Positions 31,454 through 40,541 of a DNA stretch of 64,000 nt are shown in pieces. A model generated the notes under the pieces. The model did no database searches and was not told where the DNA came from. It worked only from the letters and a program-made list of their open reading frames with translations. The DNA comes from an uncultured Hyphomicrobiales bacterium. Its GTDB lineage: Bacteria; Bacteroidota; Ignavibacteria; Kapaibacteriales; UBA2268. Each line of letters begins with the position of its first letter. Within the stretch, counting starts at the first letter, position 1. The position numbers were made by a program, and so were the translations under genes. The DNA is taken from the NCBI GenBank assembly GCA_964472015.1, contig CAYYIP010000004.1, positions 8,543-72,542 on the forward strand, read 5' to 3'.

Positions 31454-32713
31454 TTAACTCAATAAATTTTGAATAAAAAGTTCTTCTATCCCTATTTCAT
31501 TTTTCATAAATTGAATAATTTCCGAACGAGTAGACAAATGAGCAATGGATGAAAATCCTTCTTTTGTTCTTGTTAGATAAAATATATTTTCTAATCCTGC
31601 ATATTTAACAATTTCAGGGTTATGAGTAGTCAAAAATATTTGTATATGATTAGATGCATCTTTCATCATTTCAATAATTTTTGAAATAAGGTAAGGATGT
31701 ATTCGTCCTCCTGGTTCTTCAAATATAGTAATTAGTTTATTTTCAAAAAATAAAGCAATAATAATAGATATTAAAAAAACAGAACCACTTGATAACAAAG
31801 AAGCGGGTACTAAAACATCAGGTGCATATTTTTCTTTGACTTGTATTTGTAAATGTTTATCTAAAAATTTTTTAACTTCAATATCTTGTACAAACGGTAA
31901 TAAATAATGTATATAATTGAATAATCTGCGTCTTGATTCATCATCAGCAAGAATTTTACGTAAAACAATTGCAATATTTTCACCATTATCTTCTAGAACA
32001 GCCCGTCCTGTAACCAATGAAATGGAACGACTTTGTATAGGATCTAGATCATATATAGATAAATTGCCCAAAGTTTTACGTACACTTTCAGGAAGCGGTA
32101 TATTATATTGATTTTCAATAAATAGTGTTTTATTTAAGTTAACCGAAATATAATTAACATCTACAAACAAGGGAGGGATGATATCATCTTTAGTAATATT
32201 AAAGCTAGTATTATTAATAAAGTTAGTTTCTATTTTGTTGCCATTATTAAACATTTCTAATATTCCGGTCCCTATACTAACATCTGTCCCGTTTATTGTT
32301 TCGTAAAATTCAAATTTTTGAATTAAAGAATCATAAATAACTCTAAATTCTTCTGCGTCTTCAATATATTCAATTTCAAAAGCAGTATCAAAAGAAACAG
32401 AACGCATTTTTATAACTTTATCAAATATTTTCTTCATCCCACATATTTGAGAAGAACTATCTATTTCTATTTTAAAAAAAGTACTTTTAATATCTTTACC
32501 AAAATATAAATTTCGTAGATAATCAATACCACCTTGTAAAGAAATAGCATTACTAAGTCCCATATTGATTATATCACGAATAAATTTAAATATACTAAGG
32601 AAATTAGATTTCCCGGATGCATTAGGTCCTATTAAGACATTAAACTTAGATGGAAATATATCTAACTCCTTAAAACTTTTGAAATTTTTTACTACAATTC
32701 TTTTTATTTGCAT
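31454..32713 (-). CDS. ABC-type ATPase of the AAA_15/AAA_21 (OLD/AbiL/PARIS-like) family
   Basis: N-terminal IVVKNFKSFKELDIFPSKFNVLIGPNASGKSNFL (Walker A). Also LSSGSVF, ITIFEEPGGRIHP (Walker B) and TTHNPE (H-loop). Confidence 0.7.
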   Translation of the reverse strand: MQIKRIVVKNFKSFKELDIFPSKFNVLIGPNASGKSNFLSIFKFIRDIINMGLSNAISLQGGIDYLRNLYFGKDIKSTFFKIEIDSSSQICGMKKIFDKVIKMRSVSFDTAFEIEYIEDAEEFRVIYDSLIQKFEFYETINGTDVSIGTGILEMFNNGNKIETNFINNTSFNITKDDIIPPLFVDVNYISVNLNKTLFIENQYNIPLPESVRKTLGNLSIYDLDPIQSRSISLVTGRAVLEDNGENIAIVLRKILADDESRRRLFNYIHYLLPFVQDIEVKKFLDKHLQIQVKEKYAPDVLVPASLLSSGSVFLISIIIALFFENKLITIFEEPGGRIHPYLISKIIEMMKDASNHIQIFLTTHNPEIVKYAGLENIFYLTRTKEGFSSIAHLSTRSEIIQFMKNEIGIEELFIQNLLS

Positions 32714-33063
32714 TTTTATCCTCTTAATTATTATAAGCTATACAATATATTTATATTATAATATAGATATACAAAAAAAACCTTCTGATAATTTAATAAC
32801 AACAAATAATAAAATAACAACTACCAAAATACTTACAGCAACTTTTAACATTTTTTTTATTATTAAAACTATAATAGTTATAATAAGTATTGCTAAAAAA
32901 ATAATTGTTTCGATATTTAAAGATGAAATTGTATCGATTATATCTCGCATATATTTTAATCTATTTTTTGTTATAATTAAAAAAATAAATATAAAAATAT
33001 TAAATAATTATATCAATTAATAATAATTTATTAAATAAAAATTAATATAACAAAAAACTATAA

Positions 33064-33417
33064 TTATTTTATTATTGTTATCCCTTTTTCTTTTAATATT
33101 TCTCGATTTTTCAATTCAATAGGAACGACCTCTTGCATAAACTTATTCCAAATATCGCTAACTATTAATTTTGTACCTTCTGTTGTTATGAATATATTAT
33201 TCAATAATTTAATATTTTTATCGCGTTTTATATATTCATTTTTAACAATTTCTAAATCAATATTATTATCAAAATTTTCTTTTGAAACAATATTATAAAT
33301 ATTTTGTGTAATATCTGTTATATCTTTTATAAGTTTTTCAAATTTTATAAATAAATCATTATTTTTATTTAAATTATTATTATTTGTATTTTCATTATTT
33401 AATGGGTTATTATACAT
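33064..33417 (-). CDS. Hypothetical small N-rich protein, translationally coupled to aroE/aroK by an ATGTATAA overlap
   Basis: ORF of 117 aa whose start overlaps the aroE/K stop. Weak, unverified resemblance to AroQ-type chorismate mutase helices. Confidence 0.3.
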   Translation of the reverse strand: MYNNPLNNENTNNNNLNKNNDLFIKFEKLIKDITDITQNIYNIVSKENFDNNIDLEIVKNEYIKRDKNIKLLNNIFITTEGTKLIVSDIWNKFMQEVVPIELKNREILKEKGITIIK

Positions 33418-34837
33418 TTAATATATCCTTAATTTCTAAATACACATTATTAATATTAGAATTTATATTATTAATTCCATCATTATAAAAAATAATATCG
33501 GAGTTATTAAAATAATTTTGTTTTCTTTTATTAAAAAAAGTTAATAATTGATTTTCATTATTTATTCTTAATAATGGTCGATTAGTATCATCAATACGTT
33601 CTTTAATGATATCTAAATCAGAATATAAATACACATTATATCCATTTTCTTTTATGATTAGTTTATTTATAGTTTTTTCTAAACTTCCACCACCTAGTGC
33701 AATAATTTTTTTATTTTTATTTTTAACAATTTTTTCTAATATTTCAGTTTCAGCCAGTCTAAAATTCTCTTCGCCAAACTTAGCAAAAATATTATTTATA
33801 GATGAATTAAAATATTCTTCAATTAATTTATCTAAATCTACATATTCAATATTTAGCTTTTTTGATAAATTATAAGCAAAAGTAGTTTTTCCGCTGCCAC
33901 TAAATCCTGATAAAAAAATATTATCTATAGTTTTTTTTCTATTTATATTTTCTATATTTACAATATTAAATAGTTCTTTTATAATTTTATTTTTTTTATT
34001 ATCACACAATTTTATATCTGTAAAAATTTCAAAAGCTGGAATCGCTTGATTTATTAACCAATATTCACCGGTAATAACTGTATCAACTTGTGATTTGACA
34101 AAATTAATAAATTCAATATTTTTATAATCAGCAAAAAATATAATACTGTTTTTATTAAAATTAATGTTATTCAAATATTGATGTGCATTTGGAATTGTTA
34201 TAAAAATAAAATCATAATTGTATAAAATATTATCCTTTAGAAAAGGCATAACATTATAATTTATATTATAATTAAATTTAGAAATTAAATTATTAATATT
34301 ATCTATCGTTTTATTAAAGATAGTAATATCATATTTTTTTAATATTTTTTGTAATGCATAGATTACTGCTATTGCAGCGCCTCCTGCACCTATGACAGCT
34401 ATTTTTTTATTATTTAGATCTATTTTATAGTAGTTTAGAGAATCTATTATACCATTTATATCGGTATTAAATCCTAATATATTTTTATATTCTTTATGAT
34501 TTATAATAGTATTTACTGCATCTATATTTTTAGCGTCTTCACTTAACTTATCACAGTATTTAGAGATAAAACATTTAAAAGGAGCTGTAATATTAGCTCC
34601 TTTTAAATTAAATTCTTTATTTAAATAATCTATTTCATTTATATTTTTAGCAAATATTCGTGTATAATAATAATTATTATTACTATTATTATTATTATTA
34701 TTATTAATAGTATTATTATCTGAATAATTAGTTCCTAGCTTTGATAGATTAAATTTTTTAAAGCAATAATTATATATATCGGGGCTCTTACTATGAGCAA
34801 TAGGATTTCCAAAAATAGCAATATTAATATTATTCAT
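33410..34837 (-). CDS. aroE: Bifunctional shikimate dehydrogenase (N-terminal) / shikimate kinase (C-terminal) fusion
   Basis: N-terminal IAIFGNPIAHSKSPDIYNYCF and GAGGAAIAVIYAL (SDH). C-terminal IFLSGFSGSGKTTFAYNLSKKLNIEYVDLD (SK P-loop). Internal poly-N tract. Confidence 0.75.
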   Translation of the reverse strand: MNNINIAIFGNPIAHSKSPDIYNYCFKKFNLSKLGTNYSDNNTINNNNNNNSNNNYYYTRIFAKNINEIDYLNKEFNLKGANITAPFKCFISKYCDKLSEDAKNIDAVNTIINHKEYKNILGFNTDINGIIDSLNYYKIDLNNKKIAVIGAGGAAIAVIYALQKILKKYDITIFNKTIDNINNLISKFNYNINYNVMPFLKDNILYNYDFIFITIPNAHQYLNNINFNKNSIIFFADYKNIEFINFVKSQVDTVITGEYWLINQAIPAFEIFTDIKLCDNKKNKIIKELFNIVNIENINRKKTIDNIFLSGFSGSGKTTFAYNLSKKLNIEYVDLDKLIEEYFNSSINNIFAKFGEENFRLAETEILEKIVKNKNKKIIALGGGSLEKTINKLIIKENGYNVYLYSDLDIIKERIDDTNRPLLRINNENQLLTFFNKRKQNYFNNSDIIFYNDGINNINSNINNVYLEIKDILNV

Positions 34838-34852
34838 TATATATTTTCTATA

Positions 34853-35527
34853 TTACTTATTATTATTTATATTTTTTAAAGTTGTTTTCATTTCTTTATA
34901 GGACATTTGACCTTCTGCGGTAGGATAATTATCATAGCAATACATAAAAGGTGCTCCCAATTCTAAAGCTCGAATTCTTGCAAATGGATATTTAGATATC
35001 ATTGGAATAATAATAAGTTTGCCATTTAGTTCTTTATTTTTTTCATATAAAGAAAATAATATATTTGTATCATTAATAGAATTACATTTTACTGCGATTT
35101 TATAAAAATCAGCTTTAAAAAGCATCATTTTATTTATTTCGTCTTGTATTTTTTGAATATTTACAAGCGGTTCATATTGATGATATGATATAATTATTTG
35201 TTTTTTTATTATTTTTATTTTGTCTATAAGTTCTATAAAATTAGCTTTAAAATTTACAGATGAAATTGGGATATCAAATATATTGGCTCCACAATTTACA
35301 ACTTCCATTAATTTAAATAATCTATCTCTATCAGGATTAGTACTAATTATATTATTACAAGAAATAATAACTTTTTTAGTAAAAGAAATAAGTTCTACTA
35401 ATTCATATATATTATAATTTAATTTATCAATACATAATTCTACAAAATCATACTTTTTTATTATTTCTATAACTTCTTTATAAGGTCCATTATTAATACT
35501 TACACATAATATATTATTTATTTCCAT
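34853..35527 (-). CDS. aroD: 3-dehydroquinate dehydratase, probably type I
   Basis: 224-aa TIM-barrel-like ORF in the operon with aroE/aroK, overlapping fabD by 14 bp. The assignment is mostly by context. Confidence 0.5.
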   Translation of the reverse strand: MEINNILCVSINNGPYKEVIEIIKKYDFVELCIDKLNYNIYELVELISFTKKVIISCNNIISTNPDRDRLFKLMEVVNCGANIFDIPISSVNFKANFIELIDKIKIIKKQIIISYHQYEPLVNIQKIQDEINKMMLFKADFYKIAVKCNSINDTNILFSLYEKNKELNGKLIIIPMISKYPFARIRALELGAPFMYCYDNYPTAEGQMSYKEMKTTLKNINNNK

Positions 35528-36455
35528 ATTTATTATTAAATATTTCTAGATGTTCTAACTTATCAATTCCGGATGTTTCAATATTATCTAATATTCTTTT
35601 AACTAGTCCTTGCAATACTTGTCCTGGTCCAAGTTCAATAAAATTTGTTATTCCATCGGAGTTCATTTTTGTAATTAACTGTGTCCATTTTACAGGTGAA
35701 GTTAATTGTTTAGTTAAAGATTCACGTAATTCATCTGCTTTTATTAAAGGTTTTGCATATACGTTAGAATATACTGGAAATTTTGCATCTTCAAATTTTG
35801 TAGAATTAATAGCTTCTGTTAGTTTTTTTTGTGCAGGCATCATTAAAGGTGAATGGAAAGCACCACTTACTACTAATTCTTTAACTATCTTAGCTCCTGC
35901 TTGTTTAAATAATTCTACATTATTTCTTAGGAAATCAGCAGAGCCTGAAACAACAACTTGTCCCGGTGAATTAAAATTAGCGGGGACTACTATATTTTCT
36001 TTTGAAGTAGCATTTAATTCCTCACAAACCTGAATAACTTTTTCATCTTGAAGACCTATAATAGCAAACATAGTACCTTTAGTAGTTTCACCTGCATCAA
36101 ACATTAATTGACCACGTAAAGATACAAGTTTAAGGGCGTCTTCAAATTTAAGAACTCCTGCAATACATAAAGCTGCATATTCACCTATAGAATGGCCAGC
36201 AGTTGCAACGAAGTCTATTTTATTTTGAATTAATTTAAAAGCAGCTAATGAGTGTATAAATATTGCTGGTTGCGTATATCTTGTTTCTTTTAAACGTTCA
36301 ATAGGGCCATTAAAATAAATATCTGAAAGAGAATAACCAACGATTTTATCTGATTCGTTAATCAATTCAGATATATATTGATATTCATTTGCTAAATCTT
36401 TTAGCATACCTACATATTGAGAACCTTGACCGGAACATAAAAGTGCTGTTTTCAT
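35514..36455 (-). CDS. fabD: Malonyl CoA-ACP transacylase
   Basis: LLCSGQGSQYVGM and the active-site GHSIGEYAAL motif. Confidence 0.85.
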   Translation of the reverse strand: MKTALLCSGQGSQYVGMLKDLANEYQYISELINESDKIVGYSLSDIYFNGPIERLKETRYTQPAIFIHSLAAFKLIQNKIDFVATAGHSIGEYAALCIAGVLKFEDALKLVSLRGQLMFDAGETTKGTMFAIIGLQDEKVIQVCEELNATSKENIVVPANFNSPGQVVVSGSADFLRNNVELFKQAGAKIVKELVVSGAFHSPLMMPAQKKLTEAINSTKFEDAKFPVYSNVYAKPLIKADELRESLTKQLTSPVKWTQLITKMNSDGITNFIELGPGQVLQGLVKRILDNIETSGIDKLEHLEIFNNKYGNK

Positions 36456-36803
36456 TTTAATTTTAACCTTAATTTATAAAATATTTTTGTCATTTATATT
36501 ATAATTATGAAATATCTTAAAAATACGAAGTAAATTATAATTTTGTTTAATTTTAAAAATAAAAACAATAGAAAAATTAAAAAACTATTTTTATAAATAT
36601 AATATTAATTTTTTATTTGGTAATTTTATTTTTTATTATTAATTTTGTAATTCCTAAATATTTGTATATATATAGTAAATTAATATAATTAAAATATTTA
36701 TTAATTAAAAATATTTTAACATATAATAACATTTTTAATATTTAAAAAATTAAGTATTAAAATTAAAATAAGATTATAATTTTTAATAGGAGATATAAAT
36801 AAG

Positions 36804-37028
36804 ATGTCAAAGAGATGTGAATTAACTGGAGTTGGTCCAGTATATGGGAATTCAGTATCACACGCACATAATAAAACAAGAAGACGTTTTTTGCCTAATT
36901 TACATACTAAAAGGATTTGGGTTCCTGAAGAAGAACGTTGGGTAGTTATAAAAGCAACTGCAAGAGCTTTTAGAACATTAGATAAAAAAGGCTATACTGC
37001 TATGATGAAAGAGATAAAGAAGAAATAA
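36804..37028 (+). CDS. rpmB: 50S ribosomal protein L28
   Basis: [33 protein letters not shown]. Confidence 0.85.
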   Translation: MSKRCELTGVGPVYGNSVSHAHNKTRRRFLPNLHTKRIWVPEEERWVVIKATARAFRTLDKKGYTAMMKEIKKK

Positions 37029-37048
37029 TATTTCTTTATGAAAATTGT

Positions 37049-37085
37049 AAAAAGGTAACTCAGATATTGATGTTACCTTTTTTAT
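37049..37085 (+). terminator. Intrinsic terminator after rpmB
   Basis: AAAAAGGTAACtcagatattgatGTTACCTTTTTT. Confidence 0.65.
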
Positions 37086-37159
37086 TATATATTTAAATAA
37101 GCAAAATAATATATTTAAATAAAAATATATCTTCACACAAACAAAAATTATAAAAACAA

Positions 37160-39340
37160 ATGAATTCTTACTTTTTAGATATATCAGGCAACTATTTTTT
37201 ATTAGCATTACTTTTTATAGTTAGTATTGCTATCTCAATATTTTCATATAGAAATACTATTCCTGTAATAGATAAAAGTTCAAAAATAGCATTAATTACA
37301 TTAAGAAGTATTGCATTATGCTTAATTATATTTGCTATATTTGAACCTGTTTTTACAAAAATTAATGTGTTAAAAAAATCAGCACAACTTGCAGTTCTTT
37401 TAGATGATACACAATCATTATCTATAAAAAGTAAAAATAATACAAAAGAACAATATAGAAAATTATTATCTAATATAAATTTTTCAAAATTAGATACAAA
37501 TGTAGTTTTTTATAAATTTTCAGATAAAACATTTTTGATAAATAATTTTAATTTTGATTCTTTAAAATTAAAAGGAACTGCAACGGATATATCACAAGCA
37601 TTATATCATATAACTAGTAAGGCAGAAGAGAATAATACACGTGCTATATTATTAATTACAGATGGAGCGTTTAATACAGGTTCAAATCCTATATTTGAAG
37701 CAGAAAACTTTGCTAATCCTGTATATACGATAGGGATAGGAGATACAAATGAAGCAAAAGATATATCAATAATATCATTATTAACAAATGAAATTGCTTA
37801 TATAGATAATTCGATTCCTATAAATATAAATTTTAAATCAAATGGTTTTTCAAATAAAAATATCAAATTAACTTTATTTGATAATAAAACAAAAATAGCG
37901 GAACAGAATTTTACTTTAAGTGAAGAAACTAAAAATTATGCTGCAAATTTTGAATATAAACCTACAATAGAAGGGATACATAAAATAACTGCAAAAGTAA
38001 CAGAATTAGACGGTGAAATTACTACTAAAAATAATATATTATCTACTTTTATTAAGGTATTAAAAAATAAAAGAGTTATAGCTATGTTTGCAGGGTCACC
38101 GAATCCAGATTTTGCTTTTATAAAAAGAACATTAAAAGAAGAAAAAGGGATAGAAATAAAAGAATTTGTACAAAAATATTCAAGTGAATTTTATATAAAT
38201 CCAACGGAACAACAGTTATCAAATGTAGATATGTTTATATTTAATAATTTTCCTATTAGTTCTACTCCAAATCAGATACTTAATATTATAAATACAGAAT
38301 TAAATAAGGGGAAACCTTTATTTTTTGTTGCGGGACTTACTACTGATTATAGTAAATTAAAAATTATACAAGATCATTTACCTTTTACATTACTATCTAC
38401 AAAACAAAGAGAATTTACGATTGTACCTAATATAAATATAAAAGCTTTATCAAATCCATTATTAAGAGTAACGGGAACTGATAGTGATATTGATTTATGG
38501 AACAATTTACCACCATTATTTAAAACAGAGACATTTGTAAAAGTAAAACCGGAAAGTGAAGTAATATCTACAATAAAGGTAAATAACATAGCTTTGAATG
38601 ATCCACTTATAATTACAAGAGATTTTCAAAATAAAAAAACAGTTGCTATTCTAGGATATGGTTTATATCGTTGGAAATTACAAGGTTATGCAAATGAATT
38701 AGCAAAGGGATTAAAAGATACACCTGATTTATTTGCAACATTGATAAATAATACATTTAGGTGGTTATCGATATATGAAAAGCATAAAACAGTAAATGTA
38801 CGTACAACAAAAAAGCATTACAATCAAAATGAAAAAGTTGAATTTTTAGCAGAGGTATATGATAAAGCTTTTGTGCCTATTGATAATGCTGAAGTTTCTA
38901 TAGATATAAAATCAACTGATGAGACACGGAATATATTACTAACGTCAATAGGAAGTGGACGTTATTATGGAATAGTAGAAGGGTTATCAAAAGGTGATTA
39001 TTATTTTGATGCAAATGTAAAAGATGAAAGTAGAAAAATTGGAAGTGATAACGGAAGATTTACTATAGGTGAAATATCGATAGAATTTCAAAACTTAAAA
39101 CAAAATACTGATTTATTAAATACTATTGCTTATAGAACAAACGGGAAATTCTATAATGCAAACAATAAAAAAGAAATTGAGAATATAATTGATGATATAA
39201 TAAAAAACGATAATTTTAAGACTAAACCAATTACATTAAGGAATGAGTTGCATATATGGAATTGGATATGGTTATTATTAATAGCAATATTTTGTCTTGC
39301 AATAGAATGGTTTTTAAGAAAAAGGAAAGGATTATTGTAA
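37160..39340 (+). CDS. Large membrane protein with a BatA-N-like double-TM N-terminus, a vWA-like start and a C-terminal TM anchor
   Basis: Two N-terminal TM helices, then LAVLLDDTQSLSI (vWA-like DxSxS). C-terminal WNWIWLLLIAIFCLAIEWFLRKRKG. Confidence 0.4.
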   Translation: MNSYFLDISGNYFLLALLFIVSIAISIFSYRNTIPVIDKSSKIALITLRSIALCLIIFAIFEPVFTKINVLKKSAQLAVLLDDTQSLSIKSKNNTKEQYRKLLSNINFSKLDTNVVFYKFSDKTFLINNFNFDSLKLKGTATDISQALYHITSKAEENNTRAILLITDGAFNTGSNPIFEAENFANPVYTIGIGDTNEAKDISIISLLTNEIAYIDNSIPININFKSNGFSNKNIKLTLFDNKTKIAEQNFTLSEETKNYAANFEYKPTIEGIHKITAKVTELDGEITTKNNILSTFIKVLKNKRVIAMFAGSPNPDFAFIKRTLKEEKGIEIKEFVQKYSSEFYINPTEQQLSNVDMFIFNNFPISSTPNQILNIINTELNKGKPLFFVAGLTTDYSKLKIIQDHLPFTLLSTKQREFTIVPNINIKALSNPLLRVTGTDSDIDLWNNLPPLFKTETFVKVKPESEVISTIKVNNIALNDPLIITRDFQNKKTVAILGYGLYRWKLQGYANELAKGLKDTPDLFATLINNTFRWLSIYEKHKTVNVRTTKKHYNQNEKVEFLAEVYDKAFVPIDNAEVSIDIKSTDETRNILLTSIGSGRYYGIVEGLSKGDYYFDANVKDESRKIGSDNGRFTIGEISIEFQNLKQNTDLLNTIAYRTNGKFYNANNKKEIENIIDDIIKNDNFKTKPITLRNELHIWNWIWLLLIAIFCLAIEWFLRKRKGLL

Positions 39341-39405
39341 TTTATATAATAAGGGATTAATAAGTAGAAAATAAGCATAATTAAAAATTAAAGAGTAATT
39401 AAATA

Positions 39406-39726
39406 ATGAGTTGGTTATATTTATTTATTGCATCAATATTTGAAATGGGATGGCCATTAGGTTTTAAATTATCAAATGAAATTTCAAATAAAAAAATATT
39501 TTGGATTATAATTGCGTTTAGTTCAATGGCAATAAGTAGTTTTTTCTTATGGTTAGCGCAACGTGAAATACCTATTAGTACTGCATATATAATTTGGACA
39601 GGTGTAGGTGCTGTTGGGACTTTTATTATAGGTATAATATTTTTTAACGATTCTGCTAGTTTGATAAGATTATTTTTTGCTTTTTTAATTATGGTAGGAA
39701 TTATTGGATTAAAAATTATTCATTAA
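39406..39726 (+). CDS. Small multidrug resistance (SMR) family exporter, SugE/Gdx-like
   Basis: 106 aa with 4 TM helices and the conserved membrane Glu in FEMGWPLGFKLS. Tail WTGVGAVGTFIIGIIFFNDS. Confidence 0.8.
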   Translation: MSWLYLFIASIFEMGWPLGFKLSNEISNKKIFWIIIAFSSMAISSFFLWLAQREIPISTAYIIWTGVGAVGTFIIGIIFFNDSASLIRLFFAFLIMVGIIGLKIIH

Positions 39727-39820
39727 TTTTTAAAGTTTTTTATTATATTTGTAATATATTTCTTTTCATATTACATTGAAATATAAAAATTAATATATAA
39801 AAGCATTTGCTTTATTCTTT

Positions 39821-39974
39821 GCAGTCAGAAAATTTGGCGATTTAAAGATTGTATATAAAGAATAGGTTAAATGTTCACGAGTAAATGCGTGAACCTTAAC
39901 TAATCTCTATATACAAGGTTATGCCAAATACCTCTGACAGCGGGAAACGTTAAGTTTCACGCTCTTTTTATTTT
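39821..39974 (+). ncRNA. Structured RNA element copy 1 (unknown family), ending in an intrinsic terminator
   Basis: 5' GCAGUCAGAAAAUUUGGCGAUUUAAAGAUUGU, a central hairpin GGUUAAauGUUCACG/CGUGAACcUUAAC, and a 3' GGUUAUGCCAAAUAccUCUGA block. Terminator CGGGAAACguuaaGUUUCACGcucUUUUUAUUUU. Conserved against copy 2. Confidence 0.45.
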
Positions 39975-40245
39975 AAAAATTTTATAGATTATTTTATTTA
40001 ACAAAAGTATAATTTTTATAATTTAATTTGTTTTTCGAAAACGTCTTTTATAGTATTTTATTAGATATTTAATATAAAGTTTAAGATATAAAACAATTTC
40101 TGATTCAGATTATAATTTATGCAAAGGGAAGATATTGATAGATATATTAATGTTAAATAAGTTAAAAATTATGGAGAATTAATTTGTAAAATTTGTAATT
40201 TTTTTATTGTATTTATATATATTTTTATTATATTTGCACAAGATA

Positions 40246-40279
40246 TTTCTTAGTTGTATTATATAATACAACTAAGAAA
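40246..40279. promoter_or_regulatory. Perfect 34-bp palindrome (17-bp arms) about 35 nt upstream of RNA copy 2
   Basis: TTTCTTAGTTGTATTATATAATACAACTAAGAAA. Confidence 0.5.
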
Positions 40280-40315
40280 CATAAAAATTAATATATTATA
40301 ATAATTTTTATTCTT

Positions 40316-40503
40316 AGCGGTCAGAAAATTTGGCGATTTAAAGATTGTGTATAAAGAATAAAGGTTAAAAGTTTACTAGCATTGTGTGAACTTTTTAATT
40401 ATTTTCATATTCTCTTATCTCTACACATCATCAGGTTATCCCAAATAAATATCTCTACCTCTGATCTCTGTAAAATGTTAAGTTTCACGTTTTTTTTATT
40501 TTA
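40316..40503 (+). ncRNA. Structured RNA element copy 2 (unknown family), ending in an intrinsic terminator
   Basis: Same 5' block (GCGGUCAGAAAAUUUGGCGAUUUAAAGAUUGU) and 3' block (GGUUAUCCCAAAUA...CCUCUGA...GUUAAGUUUCACG then U8). The central hairpin is retained through a C-G to U-G change. Confidence 0.45.
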
Positions 40504-40541
40504 AAATTAAAAATACTTATCAATCTAAAAATATAATTAAA

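Noticed and set aside
32565-33020. 151-aa plus-strand and 64-aa minus-strand ORFs in the spacer next to the ATPase gene
   Set aside because: Extreme I/K/N/T low complexity typical of random ORFs in AT-rich DNA. No RBS or motif. Treated as non-coding spacer.
40100-40200. Possible decayed second copy of the frameshifted ORF downstream of RNA copy 1 (ATGGAGAATTAA at 40171 resembles ATGGATAAAAAATAA)
   Set aside because: The similarity is limited to ~10 nt around a start codon. The spacing from the terminator differs, 197 versus 38 nt. No extended frame is present. It is indistinguishable from chance in AT-rich DNA.
39783-40504. Assignment of the tandem RNA elements to a known riboswitch class (guanidine-I/II/III given the adjacent SMR gene, fluoride, TPP, ZTP, c-di-GMP)
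   Set aside because: The conserved cores recalled from memory (ykkC GGGA/ACGR loops, fluoride GGCGAUGG...UUCGCC, TPP CUGAGA...ACCUGAUCUGGAUAAUGCCAGCGUAGGGAA, ZTP CCGCCUGGGC) are not present. Only short chance similarities were seen (UGGCGA, AUGCCA..AGCGGGAAA). The elements also lie downstream, not upstream, of the SMR gene. The class is left unassigned.
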